Assembly: GCF_009914755.1 (NCBI RefSeq)
Contig: NC_060929.1
Source: the human T2T-CHM13v2.0 reference genome, Homo sapiens
Length of the DNA stretch: 64,000 nucleotides
Reading direction: 5' to 3' (one strand)
Under the pieces are notes generated by a model that was not told where the DNA came from, ran no database searches, and saw nothing but the letters and a program-made list of their open reading frames with translations. Of this stretch, positions 14,968-28,839 are shown in pieces; positions within the stretch are counted from its first letter, which is position 1; every line of letters begins with the position of its first letter. The translations under genes and the position numbers were made by a program.

Positions 14968-15261
14968 GCATAAATATATATTTTATACTTTATATATATA
15001 ATATATATTATATATGTATCTCAAAACTTTCAGAGAAATAAAAAGAGAATCTAGATTCACTACAATATACTATCAACAATGACCAGTTTTCAACCAAATA
15101 GTAACAAATGTGACTTGTACCCAAACTCAAGAATCAAAGTAGTCTAGTTGATAGGAAATAGTTTAATACTCAGTACAACCAGTTAGGGTGAGCCCAGATG
15201 TTGAATTTAGAAACGAAATTCAAAGCAGATATTCTAAGTAGGTTGAAAGAACATGCTACCA

Positions 15262-15575
15262 GGCCAGGCATGGTGGCTCACATCTGTAATCTCAGGAATT
15301 TGAGAGGCCAAGGCAGGAAGAGCACTTAAGGCCAGGAGTTTGAAAACAGTCTGGGCAAGGTTAGCAAGACCCCATCTTTAACAAAAACTTTATTTTTTAT
15401 TAGCTGGGCATAGTGTCAAATGCCTGTAGTCCTAGTTACTCAGGTGGCTGATGCAGAATGATTGCTTGAGCCCAAGAGTTCCAGGTTATTGAGCTGTGAT
15501 TATGCCACTGCAACTCCTGACTAGGTAATAAAGTGAGATCCACTTTCTAAAAAAATAAAAATAAAAACAAAAAAA
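15262..15575 (+). mobile_element. AluJ-type SINE
   Basis: Diverged dimer with gattgcttgagcccaagagtt and an A-rich tail. Confidence 0.88.
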
Positions 15576-17105
15576 TGTCATCATTGAGCCAACAAATAGG
15601 GTATCTAACAGAAAAGTTAACAAAGAAGAAAGTTAAAGAGATTAAAAGGATAATAACAAGTGAAAGTTTCACTAGATGGGCTCAATGGCAGATTTGAGAT
15701 GGCAAATGTAAGAAACAATAACAACTAAAAATCAGTAGAATTATCCCATCCCAAAACAATGAAAAAATCTTGAAAGTGCCAAGAAAAAGCACCACACATC
15801 ACATACATAGTAACAATAATATAATTAATAAAACAGTTCTAAAAACTCTATGTATATGTGCGTGTGTATATATATTTTTTCTTATGCTCTTGAATAATCA
15901 TATAACTGTTTAAAGAACAAACGATAGCATTGTATTGTCAGGCTTATAACATCGCTAGATAAGGGAAGAAACTGAGATACATCATTGTGAAATTAATATA
16001 TTTTACTGGGACTAAGTCATTATTTGTGGTCAATAGTGGCAGTTTAAATATGTATATCATAATATCTAGAGCCACTGAAATTGACTAAAAAATTTTTAAA
16101 CATTCATAAAAGAATTAAAAACTTGTTTAATTTTTTAATAAAGTTGTTTTTAATTTTGTTCTTTAATAAAGTTATTTAATAAATATTTTTAAACAAATTA
16201 GACAAATGGAAGATAGATGTGAGACAAATATAAATGGAAGCAACATAGCAGTTCCAATCTTAACCATACCAATGATTACATTAAATATGAATTGATTAAC
16301 TCGAAAGGCAGAGATTGTCGGACGAGATTGAAAAAGCAAAATCCAACTATATGCTATCTAAAAGAGATGAACTTTATATTTAAAGACAAATTCAAATTCA
16401 AGCACAATTCAAGTTTATATATATAAATAGGTTGAAATTTAAAAGATAAAAAAGATATACAAACAATAACCATAAGTGAGCTGGAGTGGGTACTTTAAGC
16501 TCACACAAAATAGACATGAAAACAAAGGTTAATGCTAGAGACAAGAACATTTTATAATGATGAATGTGTCAATTTATCAGTATAAATTAACATTCATAAA
16601 TGTATATGCAGCTAACAACAAAGCCTCAAAAATACACAAAGCAAAACTAACTTCTATTAAAAGAAGTAAAGAAAAATTCAATAATTACAGTTAATTTTAA
16701 CACTTCTGTCTCAGTAATTGATAGGACTAGTAGACAAAAAATTGGTAAGGAAACTGAATGTAACAATTTTATTAAGCAACAAAACCTATCTGACAAATAT
16801 AGAACACTCTATTCCACAACAGTAGAATATATTTATTTTCAAGTGCAAATAAAAATATCCCATGGGAATAAAATTTACATTAGACTATAAAACATTTTAA
16901 AGAATTGAAATAATGTGTTTTTCTATCCACACTAGAATTAGAAATCAATAACAGAAAAAATCTAGAAAATACTAAAACATGAAAAATCAAGTAATATATT
17001 CCTAAATTAACATGGCTCAAAGAAAAAATATAAATATACGGAAATATATTAAAAACACAAAATATTGAAACTTTAAATATTTCTTCTAAGAGCAGGAAAT
17101 GAACT

Positions 17106-17151
17106 AAAATCAACTCATATAAGCTTCCAAAATCAACTCATATAAGCTTCC
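17106..17151. repeat. Perfect 23-bp tandem duplication
   Basis: AAAATCAACTCATATAAGCTTCC occurs twice. Confidence 0.92.
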
Positions 17152-17409
17152 AACTTAAGCTTTTAGAAAAAGAAAAGGAAATCAAATCTAGGTGAGTAGA
17201 ATGAATAAAATTTTTAAAAAAAATCACAGTAGAGATCAACACTTTTTTAAGTAAATTACAGATAAGTTCTTTTTTTTCAAGATTTTGTGTGATTTATTTA
17301 AATTTCAGATATTGATAAGCCAATCTACAGTGTTATAAATCAGGTAATGAGAGCTTGAACTTAAATGGTGGCGGTAAGCCTATATAATCTATACAAAACA
17401 GTATTTTAT

Positions 17410-17560
17410 GAAATAAGTACTATTACTATTCCCATTTACACATGAGAAAACAGGTCCAGAGAGGGTAAGTAATGTGCTAATTTTCTCAAGAGCACAATGG
17501 TAATGGCAAACTCCTAATTCAAATCTAGTCTGTTGAGCTCCAGAGCTCCAGTTCTCAGCA
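17410..17560 (-). mobile_element. MIR
   Basis: cccatttacacatgagaaaacagg...agagggtaagtaa...gagctccagagctc is the reverse complement of the MIR core. Confidence 0.75.
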
Positions 17561-17919
17561 TATGATAGACAAGAATCAGAAAAAAATGCCCTTTCCATGG
17601 AAGACAATGAAGAAATTGTTAACAGGAGAAAGTATTTTCAATCATTAAATAATTTTTAAATCAAGGCAAATAAATTGTGACTGCAATCTGCCTAATGGCT
17701 ATCAAATTAGCTTAAGACTTCCTCTGCAACAGATGTAAGAAAGAGAATGAGTGAAGGGAAATTCGGACATTTTGAAATAGAGGAAAGAGTTCATATTAGA
17801 TATTTTTTTCAAGCTCACTCTTCCTTAACCATATTCTTTCTTATCTCCACTATAAAATTGCTCATTAATATTCTCCTTCCCACAGACTCTTTATTCTGTG
17901 AAATCAAAAGTTATTTATT

Positions 17920-19885
17920 TAAAAAGAGAAACAAAAGTGAAAAACATTTAGCCTGACTCATCAAGAAAAAAGAAAAATTATTAATATCAGGAATTAAAAA
18001 GGGAGGAAATAAGTAAAGATACTATATATGGAAAACTATAAAACATGGCTTAGAGAAATTAAAGATCTAAATAAATAGAAACATATGCCCTTTTAATGGG
18101 CCACAAGATTTAATAGTGCTAACCTGACAATTTATCCTAAATTAATATTTAGACTCACTGTAACCCCAAATACAATCCTAGCAGGGTTTTCTGTAGGAAT
18201 TGAAAAGCAGACTTCATAGTATATGTAGAAAACCAAAGGATTAAGAATAGCCAAAATGACTTTGAAAAAAAAAAGATGAAGATTTTACACTGCTGATTTT
18301 AAAACCATTATAAAACCACAGTAATCAAAACTGTGTGGTATTGGCTTAAGAAGAGTCATATAAATCAATGGGAAATAATAGACTTCATAAATAGACCCAC
18401 ATATTTATTTACTATATAAGTATATATATTTACCATTCATATGTATATATTTACCATATGTGGGTAAATATACAATGTGAGTCTATATATATTTACATAT
18501 ATATGTATTTACCACATAAATATTTGCCATATATGTATATATACAGAATATGGTAAATATGTGTGTGTGTGTGTGTGTGTGTGTATGAGACACATGTATC
18601 ATATATACGGTAAATTTTTTTCAAAAATTGTGTCAAGGAGTTCAACGAAAAACATTATTTTTAATAACTGGTGCTGAAACAATTGGATATTCATGTACAC
18701 ACATAACAAAAACCCACAACAAAACTAACCTCAATTTTAATATGAGCATAAATGAAAATTTCCTAAAAATGCATCATAAATCTAGTTGTAAAACATAAGA
18801 AAATAAATCTTAGAAAACATAGTAGAAAATTTTTGTGACTTTTTAGGTAAAGATTTCTCAGTACACAAAAAGTAGAAATTATTAAAATAATTGATAATTT
18901 GAACTTTATCAAAACTGAAAAATTGCCCTAGGAAAAAAAATAAAATTAAAAAGTGAGCCAAAGATAGAGTAAATATATTCAAAAAATGTATTCAATAGAG
19001 CAATTTTATCCAAAAAATAGAGAACATTAAAAAAAGACAAATTTAATAAATCTTTTACTAAAGAAGATATGCAAATAGCAAAAAGCACATGCAAATATGC
19101 TTAACATGATTAGTCATTAGGGAAACAAAAATTAAAACCACAATAAGATACCAATAAACTCCACTAGAGAAATTCAAATTAAAAAGACTAACAACATCAA
19201 GTGCTGGCAAGAATGTTGAAAACCTGTAACACCCATTAAATGATGTTTAGAATGGAAAATGGAAAATGGTGAAGTCATGTTGGAACACATTACAGAATTT
19301 TTGTTTAAACGAACACCTAATACACAACTAGCTATTCCCCTCCTAGATATCCCTAGGTATTGTCATTACCCAAGAGAAATAAAAACATTGTTCACACAGT
19401 CTCAAATGTGAATATTTACAGCAGAAATATTCATAATAGCTAAAAATTAGAAACAAAACATCAACAGGTGAACAGATAAACACACTGTGGCATATTTAAC
19501 AATGAAATACTACTATTCATCAGTAAGAAATATTAAACTATTGATCCTCACAACAACATGGAATAACTTCAAAAACATGTTTAGTGAAAGAAGTTAAACA
19601 TTTTATAAAACTACATATTATAAGATTCTATTTATATGAAATTTCTAGAAAGACAAAAGTAGTAACAGAAACAAATTAGTTGTTATCTGAGTTCAGGTGT
19701 GAGACAGGAGATTACTTACAAAGGGATATGAAGGAAGTTTTTATGTTGATGGAAATATTCTAAATTTGGATTGAAGTGAATGCTGTACAACTATATAAAC
19801 TTATTAACATTTTTTGAACTGTACATTTAAAATGGATGATTGCTATGGTATATAAACTATTCCTCAACAAAACTGTTAAATTCAT
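17920..19885 (+). mobile_element. Old L1 (L1MB/L1ME-type) ORF2 fragments and 3' UTR
   Basis: Recognisable ORF2 text (cagtaatcaaaactgtgtggtattggc, tggtgctgaaacaattggatattc) and 3' UTR ending gaactgtacatttaaaatgg...ctcaacaaaactgtt. Confidence 0.82.
18560..18583. repeat. (TG)n microsatellite within a TA-rich tract
   Basis: Read directly. Confidence 0.9.
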
Positions 19886-21812
19886 CTCTAAGATACAAAA
19901 ATTTAAAAAAAATGTGTCTACACCTAATAAAAGAGCTTCAAAGTACATAAAACCTATACTGACAGACCTAATCGGAGAAAAAGAGAAAAATACATTCATA
20001 ATTTGAGATACTAACACCCCTTCTTCATGTTGACAGATTTGGTATACAAAAACATCAGTAGGAATATATTAGATTTGATAGGAATGTTGATTACTTGGTC
20101 AATACATTTGTCAAATTTGTATTGTACCTTCAGGATCTGTTCATTTCCCTACACGGTTTAACAATTAAAATCTGAGTCATTTAATAATGCAATGGAAATA
20201 GATAAAAAGAACAGAACAAAGATGATCATTAGATAGGTATGTCAGTGACAGAGAGTAACAAGTCACAAGGTAGAAAAAGAGCAAATCAAACCCAGATAAG
20301 GATTGTAAAGTTTCTAAGCTACTCTTACTTGTCACACTTTCTTGCCGTCTATAAAATCATTATATAGTTGAAAGCATTTATGGCATTAACAAAATTTTTA
20401 TGATTGAATATCCTTGTTTGGCAAAGATTTCTGGAAAAGATGATTGATTTGATTTCAAAAATAACCCAAAACTTTGATATTACAAAACTACCCTAAACCA
20501 TTTTACTAATTGAACCTAGTATATTCAGTTGGTAGGTTGGTAAACTGGAAAACATTTTTGAAGCACAAAACTCAAAAATACCAAAGAGAAAACAGTTAAC
20601 CCCAGTAAAAACTGTAAAAATGATACCAATAGAAAAATAATTGCCCATTATTGAAAATACATCAAAATATGTTAATCTCAAGAATAATCAAAATATAATA
20701 AAAATATAATTGCATGACACTGAGATAGTTATTTGTATATTATCTACAGGTTTTTTTATTGTATTTAAACAGATGGGCATTGTGTTTGTCAGGGTTCTGG
20801 AAGCACATAATAAATAATGTGACTTGGCACTGTTCTAGATGCTGAAGATAGAAGAGTGAACAAACCCTTACACATATGGTGCTATATATTCATAAGAGAA
20901 AACTAAGGAACATAGATAAAAACGTTCACAGGATCTCTCTGGATGGTAGAATTGAGGGTGATGTTTGTTCCTGTCCATTATACTTTTAAAATTATCTTCT
21001 TTATGTAAAAAAAGACATCATTAAAAATATTTTCTAATTTTTGAAGCATCTTTATAGGGACCCTATAAAAACCTGTAGGATTCTGATCTGAGCTGTTTCA
21101 TTCCATAGAAGTCAATCACTGTCAGTGGGAAACCCCTAGGGAAGTCTAGAGATTAAGAATAAAATCTAAGGAAATATAATTTTAAAATTCACTCATGCTT
21201 CTAGCAGCATTGGGAGCAACTGTAAGACTTGCACTCTTTTGATAATTGTAATTCAGCATGTTCCCTGGGGCTGTTCTGAGTCATCTTCAGTAGTGATAGA
21301 AGTCTTAGCCTTGAATTTCTTTTCCATAAAACATCTGACATAGTTCACAATGATGGGAGTGAACTACCTTTTAGAATAGTTAAAGATTGTTAATGAAAAT
21401 ATTATAAATACTTTCAAAGATAAAGGTTAGGAACTCTAAAGGGTCATAAAAACCAAGTACAAATTCTTTATTTTGCCAGATTTGGACAATGAAGCTTAAA
21501 AGCATTCAGCAACTTTCCTTAGTTTCATGGTATGAATAACAAAAAGCTGTCTGCTGAGTCCTGGTCTAGTGTTTTAGGTATGTAAAAATTAGTTTCAATA
21601 AAACAGTTCAAATCCCAAACATGTCAATCTGATTGAAACAAAAGAGTTATGTAATAGTGAAAGAAATGAGCTGAATTGGCCATTTAGATTTAATTTGCTC
21701 TATGTGTGTGTGCTAATTCAAATTAACGGGTATATATTTTTACATTGCCAATATCAAACTATGCTTGAGAGTTTAGTGTTTCCTCTGTGATACCTGAGGG
21801 ATCAAAGGGAAG

Positions 21813-22362
21813 GTGTATCAATCTAGGTCCAACCAGGAGAAAGAAACTACATAGTGATTCAAGCAAGGGAATTTTAATGTAACAAATCATTAAAGTATGA
21901 TAAAGAGTAACTATAACATGTAAAGAGAACCTTAAAAGGGCACAGTATGTCTGAGAGAGTATCCAAAGAAGGGCAAACTTGGAAAGGAGGTGTCCTCTCC
22001 AAGGGTGAGGTTCAGACCACATTGGAGAAGGCATGGCTGCAGCCTGCCGATTGACAGTGAAGTTCACTGAGGTGCCCAAGACAGAGTTGGATCACAGTAA
22101 TTAGGCAAGCAGGAAACAAGCCTCTGGAGCACAGGTGAGCCACAGCTGGTGGAGAATACACTGCTGGGAAATAGTGCAGATGATGGAACTAACAAGAGAA
22201 GCTTTCTCCTTCTCCATTGCCCCTCCAATGCCCTCTACTGAGAAAGTTTAACATTGTGCTCACTTTAAAGAAGAACAGTTTAAAGGAATTCCATCCACTT
22301 TTGCAGAGCAGGTATTAAAAATTAACTTTAGACCTGAGAAGCAATAAACTGATAACTGGAAA
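21813..22362 (-). mobile_element. Old ERVL-class LTR (LTR33/41/50-like)
   Basis: tgtatcaatctaggtccaaccaggaga start and tgccctctactgagaaagtttaacattgtg...gcaataaactgataactgg end resemble this LTR group in antisense. Confidence 0.6.
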
Positions 22363-22836
22363 AGGAGGCTTATAAGATCAGGTTCTGTGTCCCCACGTCC
22401 ACCAGAGAAGTTCTGCTCTTCCATGTTTAATAAAGAATGGTTCCCAGCAAAATTTATTTGAAAGCCAAAAACACTGAAAGACATTATAGAGGAAAAGATA
22501 CAACATAAAACTTTTAATTTTAGACATAAAAGAAAACTATTAAAAATAAAAATGTTAGTGACATTGGAAAATTCTTACTATATAATAGTACAGGTTAGAG
22601 AAGGAAAGAGGGTTGCAAGACAGGGCTCTAGAAAATAAGTAGGGCTAATAAATAATTTGCACCAAAGTTTTTGAAAAATTAAAATTACTAATTGTAATAT
22701 GAGAAATGAGTATCTGAATGAAGCTTACAAGTCTATAAAAATCAAGCAAATAGAAAAGAAGAAACTAATTTTTAATGTTATATAAGAAGGAAAATAATCA
22801 CTCTTGGTCCTTGATTCAGTAGTGAAAAATACTTAT

Positions 22837-23394
22837 TGTGATGGTTAATATTAGGTGTCAACTTGATTGGATCAAAGGATGCCTAGATAGCTGGTAAATT
22901 ATTGTTTCTGCGTGTGTCTGTGAAGAGCAGACTGACATTTGAGTCAGTGGACTGCGTAAGGAAGACGGACCCTCAATGTGAGTGGGCACCATCCAATGGG
23001 CTGCCAGTGCCACTAGGACAAAGTAGGCAGAAGAAGGTGGAATAACCTTGCTTGCTTAGTCTTCTGGCTTTCCTCTTTCTACTATGCTGGATGCTTCTTG
23101 CCCTTGGACATAAGAGTCCAGGTTCTTCTGCCTTTGGACTCTTGGACGTACACCAGTGGTTTGCTGGGGACTCCTGGGCCTTCGGCCACAGACTGAAGTC
23201 TGCACTGTCAGCGTCCTTACTTGTGAGGTTTCTGGACTCAGACTGAGCCACTACTGGTTTCTTTCTTTCTTCCTCATGGCCTATCGTGGGAGTTTACCTT
23301 GTGATTGTGTGAGCCAATTCTCCCTAATAAACCCCCTTTCATATATACATGTATCCTATTCATTCTGTCCCTCTGGAGAGCCCTGACTAAAACA
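22837..23394 (+). mobile_element. Solo MLT2 (HERVL) LTR
   Basis: Begins TGTGATGGTTAATATTAGGTGTCAACTTGA and ends CCCTGACTAAAACA. 5-bp TSD cttat/cttag. Confidence 0.92.
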
Positions 23395-23399
23395 CTTAG

Positions 23400-23760
23400 G
23401 TAATCATGATAAACACTGATTGGACAAAGATTGTGCTGCTATTATATCAGATTATTGATGTAAGACGAAATAAGAGTGACATTGGGAGCTAAATCTTACC
23501 AAAATAACCAGATCAAAGATTCATTATGTAATGCCACAATAGAGAAATTGATAGTTGCATACGACTCTCTTTGTTTTAGAAATATGGAAGCAAACACCAA
23601 ACACCATACAAAATGGACAAAAGGTTGCAAATGGCTCTGGCAATTGGAACTGGAGGTAAAATAGTCTGACTAAGGGAAAATGCTGAATTTCATTAAAAAT
23701 GTTTTAGCTTAGTTTGATTATTAAATTAGGCACAGATTTGAATTTGATAGGAACAAGCAC
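23400..23760 (+). mobile_element. Old L1 3' UTR fragment (L1MC5-like)
   Basis: ttgttttagaaatatggaagcaaacacc...aaaaggttgc resembles the L1MC4/5 3' end. Confidence 0.45.
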
Positions 23761-24587
23761 AAATCTTATACATAGAATAATCTCTACAATGCAAAAGTCA
23801 TAAGAAAAACATTGGAAGAAAATAAAAAGTGATTGCTTCTGGGGGCATATTTCTATATGCCATTTAACAATTTCTTGTACATATATTCATTCCAAATTTC
23901 CTAAAATTAGTATCATCTTAAAAAATACATAATGAACAAAGCAAGTGAAAGGTTAAGTGAAATCATAAGATACATGAGAAGAGAAAGCATGAAAGATAAA
24001 CTAAGTTAAAATGAGTGTGGAAGGATCATTCCATCAAGTAAGCAATATTAGATGACCATTGTGAAGCTAGTACTGAAAGAATAAACAAAAAAAATGAGTA
24101 AAACATTCTCCATTCCTTTCAGGCACTTAAAAGTAAAATAAAAAATAAATGGAGGAAATAAGTTAGATAAGTTTTATTTTACTGAAAAACAAAAAAAAAT
24201 TAAAGGTCAGTTGATAAGCTTAGAGGTCCTATAACTCAAATTCAGTCAAAAATGAAAGAATAATTCCTTTTCTGAGAAGTTCTGCTCTTCTGTGTTTAAT
24301 AAAGAGTGGCTCCCTGCTCCTACTGTCAATAATTGTTCACTGTGAATAGCTCTCATATAAAATTTTAAAGATTCTTATAAACTCCATAACATACTATTCA
24401 ACTTGCAAAATGCAATATTGGACAGAATTTTTTCTTAAAAGTTAATCTTGTGGATTCTTACGAAATCTGCTCATCCAGATACGAGTTGTAATGATGACTT
24501 TCTTCTGTAGTATTTACTGCTTGCTTGAATTGGTTTTTAAATATTAAGTCAAAAAAGGGCACTTCTCTCCCATGTCTGCCTTTTATT

Positions 24588-25540
24588 CAGGTGTGATTAA
24601 CCAACATGCTAATGAAGCTTAAATGTCAGAGCCATTCCTTGCACGGGCCCCCTCTAGCAACTTACTCTACATGTTTTTGTGGGATTTGCAAAAGCAGGAC
24701 ACTTTAATCAAAATTAGTTAAGACTGCTGCATCTTTCCGCTTCGATTTAACTTTCAACACACTTCTGTTGTATAGGATCATATTTGGAGTGTCTATGAAG
24801 TAGTTGAGCTGGGAACAATTGAGTTTGATATTGTGGTCCACATGGACTACAGTCATGTCTGTGTATATTTGAGTTATTGTTAGCCATCCTGGTATAGGTA
24901 TGGCTTTCAGGATTACTCCTGCAGCCCACTGTGTTAACTCCCTCAGTGTTGAGACACAAAGATACAGAGAAGAGGTCTCACGGAGCTATTAACCTGTTCT
25001 ACTGAGGGTGGCACTGGAAGGATACAGGCAGCAAAGAAAAGAGGGTTTGAAATGCATTGCATGAGAAGCTAGACTGTGAAAAATTTCTCCAACTCTTACC
25101 TGTCATAAATAAAAGAAACTTTTAATACAACTTCTACTCATATTTGACAGCAATAGCATGACATTTGTCAGACATTATAATAGTAAGTTGTGAAGCTAAA
25201 AGAATATTTTAAATTATCAGTAATGTAAAAATAAATTTCAATCAAAAGACTCATTTGCTCTCTAGTTTTTATGAAACCTAAATAATTTACATCTAAAGTG
25301 GCAATCAAAGTTTGAAGTAGGAAAGAAATAGCAAGAAGTCTGTCAGGCAATTATTTAATTAAAATAAAATAATTGTCTTCTGGGTTTCGTAATTTTACCG
25401 GTACTCGACAGAGTTTTATAATCTGTAATGTATGGCAATTTATTTTTTCATCATAAATAAATGTTAACTTTTGTACATAATTTTCTATTTGTAATTTTTA
25501 TTACCTTTTTCTCATAAAACTGAGGCCACCCCCTGGATTT
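24588..25540 (+). mobile_element. Zaphod (hAT-Tip100) internally deleted DNA transposon
   Basis: gctaatgaagctta...cttgcacgggcccc at the 5' end, transposase C-terminal remnant (agttgtgaagctaaaaga) and 3' terminal region match the recalled Zaphod consensus. Confidence 0.75.
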
Positions 25541-25632
25541 TTAATTGTTATTTTAAAACATTTTCTATGCTATGTTTCTTTTTTTTTTTTAAATAAAAGA
25601 AGCTTTATGTAGTTGATCTCAGTGTAGATCAC

Positions 25633-25697
25633 CTCAATAGATAAATGGAACCCATTTTTCTCCCTTTTAGCTTCATGAGCAATGAATTGAGATGATC
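25633..25697 (-). other. Candidate 65-nt exon
   Basis: Minus strand ttttttttctcatattgcag | GATCATCTC...CTATTGAG | gtgatc. Strong acceptor, modest donor, two open frames. Confidence 0.35.
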
Positions 25698-26599
25698 CTG
25701 CAATATGAGAAAAAAAATCCAAGAAATCAACAAAAACTGAAATAAGTCAAAGGAAATAACAGAGTTTGTAATAAAATATTCTGTGCAAAACTTCTGGATG
25801 GAAGCTGCCCACTGTTTCAATCCATTCCTCCACTTCCACCCACATTAACCTTCAAAAGGTTATTGGCCCCATTTAAAGAGGAAAAAGTGTTATGTCCCTC
25901 CATAAGAACTACTAAACAGACAAACACAACACAACGCAAAACTAAATCCAAGAAAAAAGGAAAAAGAAAAGAACATACGTAAAAGATGGATGAGTAACAT
26001 ACAGGAAGTATCTTAGAAAATACAGAATGATTAAAAAAATCAATTTCTATTATCTCCATTGAAATCATGGGCACCTTATTTCTTTGGAAATATGATAATA
26101 AGACAAGAAATGAGACAAGTGTTAAGAAAGAGATTTTGATTCAGAGAAGAAACTGGCTGGCAGTATTCAGGAAATAAATGGAAAAAATATATATACTACA
26201 CAGAGTATCCTGTATGATATGGCTTAAACAAAATAAAAACCGAAAATACAGACACATTGTAAATGATCTTGAGGAAATGAGAAATGGAAGGAAAGAATGG
26301 AGACAAAAAGACAGAGAAATAAAGAGAGACAGAGGCAGTGATAGGAAAACAAAGAATATCCAGCAAACACTTACTTTTGTCTCTAAAACACAACAAGAAA
26401 TATCTGAAACAGGAAAAAAATGACAGAATACTTAAGAAAAAAGTATATCCTCAGAAAGATGCTGAAATAAGATGAATAAAGAATCACACAGGTACTGTGG
26501 CATAAAAAGTAACTTATAAACAATAGGTGAAAATCAAATTGGCCTCATTCTTCTCAATTCTATACAAGATCAGAGACAAAAAGAAGGAAACAGTTCTTC

Positions 26600-27135
<536 letters not shown>

Positions 27136-27589
27136 AAGAGGATGTAAATGTTGTTAAACTTCACCACGTAAAAATAGTAATATAAGTAACACAAATCAGA
27201 ATATGAAGGTAAAGATCAGGAAGGTTGGGGAAAGTTTACTAATTTCCTTATCTTTTACATCCGAAACTCAAACACAATCTAAAATTGAAACAGCGCAATT
27301 CCACCCTCAAAATTATTTTTACCTACCATTATAGAAATCATTAAGGAATTGATATTTCTTACAGTGAAGAAATTGAGTACTTTTAGCAAAATGTTAGCAC
27401 ATTTTTCATTTCACTTTAGATGCTTTATGTTAAAATCAAATAAAATTAATAATTTTAGAGAAAATCATATATAGTATGTGCCCCTTTTTTTGAAAATTTT
27501 TGGAGATTTGTTATTAAAATTAAAATTCCACTTCAAGATACAGCATTTTAAAGCCTCAATTTCCTTTTCACATTTCCAGCGTATTATTA

Positions 27590-28170
27590 AAGGGAAAAAG
27601 GCAAAATTATGCATAAATCTTAGGTGCATAAGTTGATTAATTTTCTCAAATTGTATATACCTCTCAAATTAAGAAATAGAATACCAGCACGGCCTCAGAA
27701 ATAGTCAATAACACAAAAGATCAGACCATGTCTCTCAGCATAAGTTAATTTTGCCTGTTTTTTGAAACTTATATAAATGGAAACAACAGTATTATTTTGT
27801 GTCTGTTTTTTTTTCACGCAACCTTATGTGTGAGAGAGTCATCCAAATGTGCTAGGCATACTTACAGTTTTTTCATTCTTTTTGCATTACTATAGGATAA
27901 TTTAGGCATTTATTTTACTGTTGATGGACATCGAGGTAGTTTCCAGGTTGGGGAAATAATGAGTAGGGCTGTTTTGAACACTCTTAAATATATCCACTGA
28001 TGTATAGATCTGTGTTTGTTTCTGTTGAGTGTATAAACAGAAGTATGTTGCAAAAGTAAAAGCTATACGAATAGGTAGTGTTAATGTATACTGGTAGTTT
28101 TGCAAACTGGTTGTACCAATTTACACTTCCCAAAGCCATGTCTATGAATATTGGTTATGCTACAGTTACC
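27590..28170 (-). mobile_element. L1ME-type 3' end
   Basis: ttttgcctgttttttgaaacttatataaatggaa and gttgtaccaatttacacttcc are antisense L1 3' text. Confidence 0.75.
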
Positions 28171-28839
28171 AAAAATTTGCATCTACTTGATGAATAATAC
28201 AGTTGTTCATATTTTTCTGTTTTTGGCAATCTGTATATATCACAATATTTAAGTGGTTTTGGAATTATGTCCTCTTATTTGTCTGAAGTAATTTGTTTTT
28301 TCCAACTAGAGCAAGAAAGTGATTATTTTAATGTCTAAATCATGTATTGTGTCAACCCTTCTTTTAAAAATAGCTACAAAAAGTCCAAAGGTTTATCATT
28401 TTTTCTTAGAATAACACCCATACATCTTAATAAGGTCCATAATTTATTGCATGAAATTAGCTCCTTTCAATTCTGTTGCACCCACAATATCTTTATTGCT
28501 ATTTTCAGGTTACACCAGGTTTTTGTTCTTATAGCTATTGTTATTACTTTTCTTTTTTCTTATCTCAGAGTCTTTCTTCTGGTTTATTTTAATCCTCTGA
28601 TTACTGACTGTCCCAGAAATCACATCTCCGTTCAACTGTCATGTAGCAAGAAATGTAAAAGCAAGCCTAATTTTTTTTAGGCTTCAAAGTTCAACTTATA
28701 ATTTTGAGGGTTATGTTTATAAATTTTAAAAAGTTGTAAATCATATAAATTTTAATACCACTCAATCACCTTAAACATTTAGTTAAGTAAATCCCTCCAT
28801 ATATTCTACCTTATTTAATGTGTTTAATTTCCTTTTAAA

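Larger units (their letters stand above)
15020..17250 (+). mobile_element. Old L1M fragment (ORF1 remnant and ORF2 endonuclease region)
   Basis: A-rich sense strand with aaaggcagagattgtc...aaatccaactatatgctatcta and other endonuclease-region text. Confidence 0.75.
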
